A stretch of 62,680 bases of DNA, counting the filler, from Nemertoderma westbladi (Eukaryota > Animalia > Xenacoelomorpha): NCBI GenBank assembly GCA_032718475.1. It is 3 parts of 3 records of this genome, joined end to end, with 100 filler letters (N's around TTAATTAATTAA, not from the genome) between each part and the next. Parts side by side here need not be neighbours in the genome. Positions count along the whole stretch, not along the records: positions 48,869 to 62,680 come from JAUCBJ010004052.1; 2 more parts are not named here. One strand, written 5' to 3'. Position numbers and translations under genes: made by a program. Under the pieces are notes generated by a model. It did not search any database, was not told where the DNA came from, and saw only the letters and a list, made by a program, of their open reading frames with translations. Shown here in pieces: positions 61,536 through 62,680 of this stretch (position 1 is the stretch's first letter; each line of letters opens with the position of its first letter).

Positions 61536-62181
61536 GTATCCTTTACCACAAAAGTATTTAAAGTTTTGAACATATTTTAGTGCCACAGAACGCCAATTTC
61601 GTAATGAGAGATGTTTAAAATGTTTGAATAGTGCTAAAGCATTATTATATGATATTATATACTTGTGGTAATATCTGGTCAATTAATGCTGTGCTGCTTT
61701 GTGAGATTGTACCTCCTTCAAATATTAAAATTTTAATTTGTTCAAATTAAATTTTAAATTAGTGAGAAATCATACTATACTATGGCGCAATTTTTATTTT
61801 GCTGCACATTATATTGGATTGATTATATTATTATTATTATTATTATTATTATATTAGATTTGGATTACAAGCAGAATCTTATGGGTCCAAGTCGGCCGAA
61901 AGTTTCGGTGGTGAAATCAAAATACGTTGAAGAATGCTATTGATTGTGTAATTGTATATGATATATCAGTATGTACAATGGGTCTCGACCCGATAACCCA
62001 AATAAATAATAATAGTAATATTGAATCAGTAGTTCATCCAGAATAAAAATAAAGCATAATTAATACAGTAGTGCTTGGACGTGGATTAGAACAGGTGTAT
62101 GACCTTCGCATCAATGTTGTCACTTTTTAAAAGTTATTAACTGTATAATAAATTCCTTAACTTCTGCTAAAACTCCTCCAG

Positions 62182-62295
62182 ATATTATAGCTTACGTGGA
62201 ATTTTTAGACTCAGAGTCGGCTATTAGAACGCATATGTTGAGAGCCTTCGATGGAAATCGTACCCATATAGGAAAGACAGACGTTTCAAGGCCAG
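62182..62295 (+). CDS. Uncharacterised TSNAXIP1-like gene, exon f
   Basis: ctccag|AT...CCAG|gttcgt, phase 1-1; IIAYVEFLDSESAIRTHMLRAFDGNRTHIGKTDVSRP. Confidence 0.55.
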
Positions 62296-62415
62296 GTTCG
62301 TGGAATTACTTGAAACAAAAAACATACTAATATAATAACTTGGTTGGAAATATCTTCGCTAAATCCCTAGGAACCCAGTTGGACTGAGGTATTAAATTAC
62401 TATTATTTGTTTCAG

Positions 62416-62582
62416 TGACTGCTACGAGTTCACAATTTCTCGCGGAGGACACTAGACCCATCCTGGGATTCCAAAAACTCATGAAAATGTCGCGAAACAT
62501 CAGCTTAAGAGACAGCAGGTCTACGATAGATTGCACAGACGCAACTGACAGCGCTAGCGACTTAATATCATCCGATGGATGA
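62416..62582 (+). CDS. Uncharacterised TSNAXIP1-like gene, terminal exon
   Basis: tttgtttcag|TG, phase 1, open to TGA at 62580-62582; AATAAA at 62650-62655. Confidence 0.55.
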
Positions 62583-62680
62583 TACTGTAGGTGAAAAATG
62601 AAGTGACAAACTTCGAAAGTAGATCGAATATAATATCAACTTAATGTATAATAAACTTTGTAACACGTAACTTTGACCGG

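Noticed and set aside
62170-62295. RRM domain (AYVEFLDSESA resembles RNP1)
   Set aside because: Better explained as a phase-compatible exon of the TSNAXIP1-like gene; no convincing RNP2.
62327-62590. Minus-strand terminal exon (69-aa ORF)
   Set aside because: It overlaps a plus-strand exon that has a matching phase, a stop codon and a polyA signal.

Overview
AT-rich invertebrate (metazoan) genomic DNA in three contigs joined by two artificial 100-nt linkers (N44-TTAATTAATTAA-N44 at 21500-21599 and 48769-48868), so the three segments may not be true neighbours. Two host genes are visible. One is the last six exons of an MRCK/genghis khan (CDC42BP-type) kinase on the minus strand (coiled coil, C1, PH, CNH, CRIB; no kinase domain in the window). 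The other is a hand-assembled 7-exon 3' part of an uncharacterised TSNAXIP1-like gene on the plus strand (53437-62582). The rest is nested mobile DNA: BEL/Pao LTR elements and solo LTRs with exact target-site duplications (TSDs), a gypsy gag, Helitron, HINE, CRE, RTE and CR1/L2 remnants, several non-autonomous DNA transposons with terminal inverted repeats (TIRs), and many minisatellites. Two things stand out. (1) A minus-strand BEL/Pao retrotransposon carries extra cargo between pol and its PPT/3' LTR: a duplicated structured-RNA element with compensatory base changes, an intact 274-aa Cys/His ORF, and an intact ~1140-aa ORF with a WRN/Mut-7/EXD-type DEDDy 3'-5' exonuclease domain and C-terminal zinc knuckles. 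(2) A decayed endogenous copy of a chuvirus-like (Jingchuvirales) nucleoprotein gene lies at 21888-23053. All family assignments come from motif recognition by eye; no searches were run.
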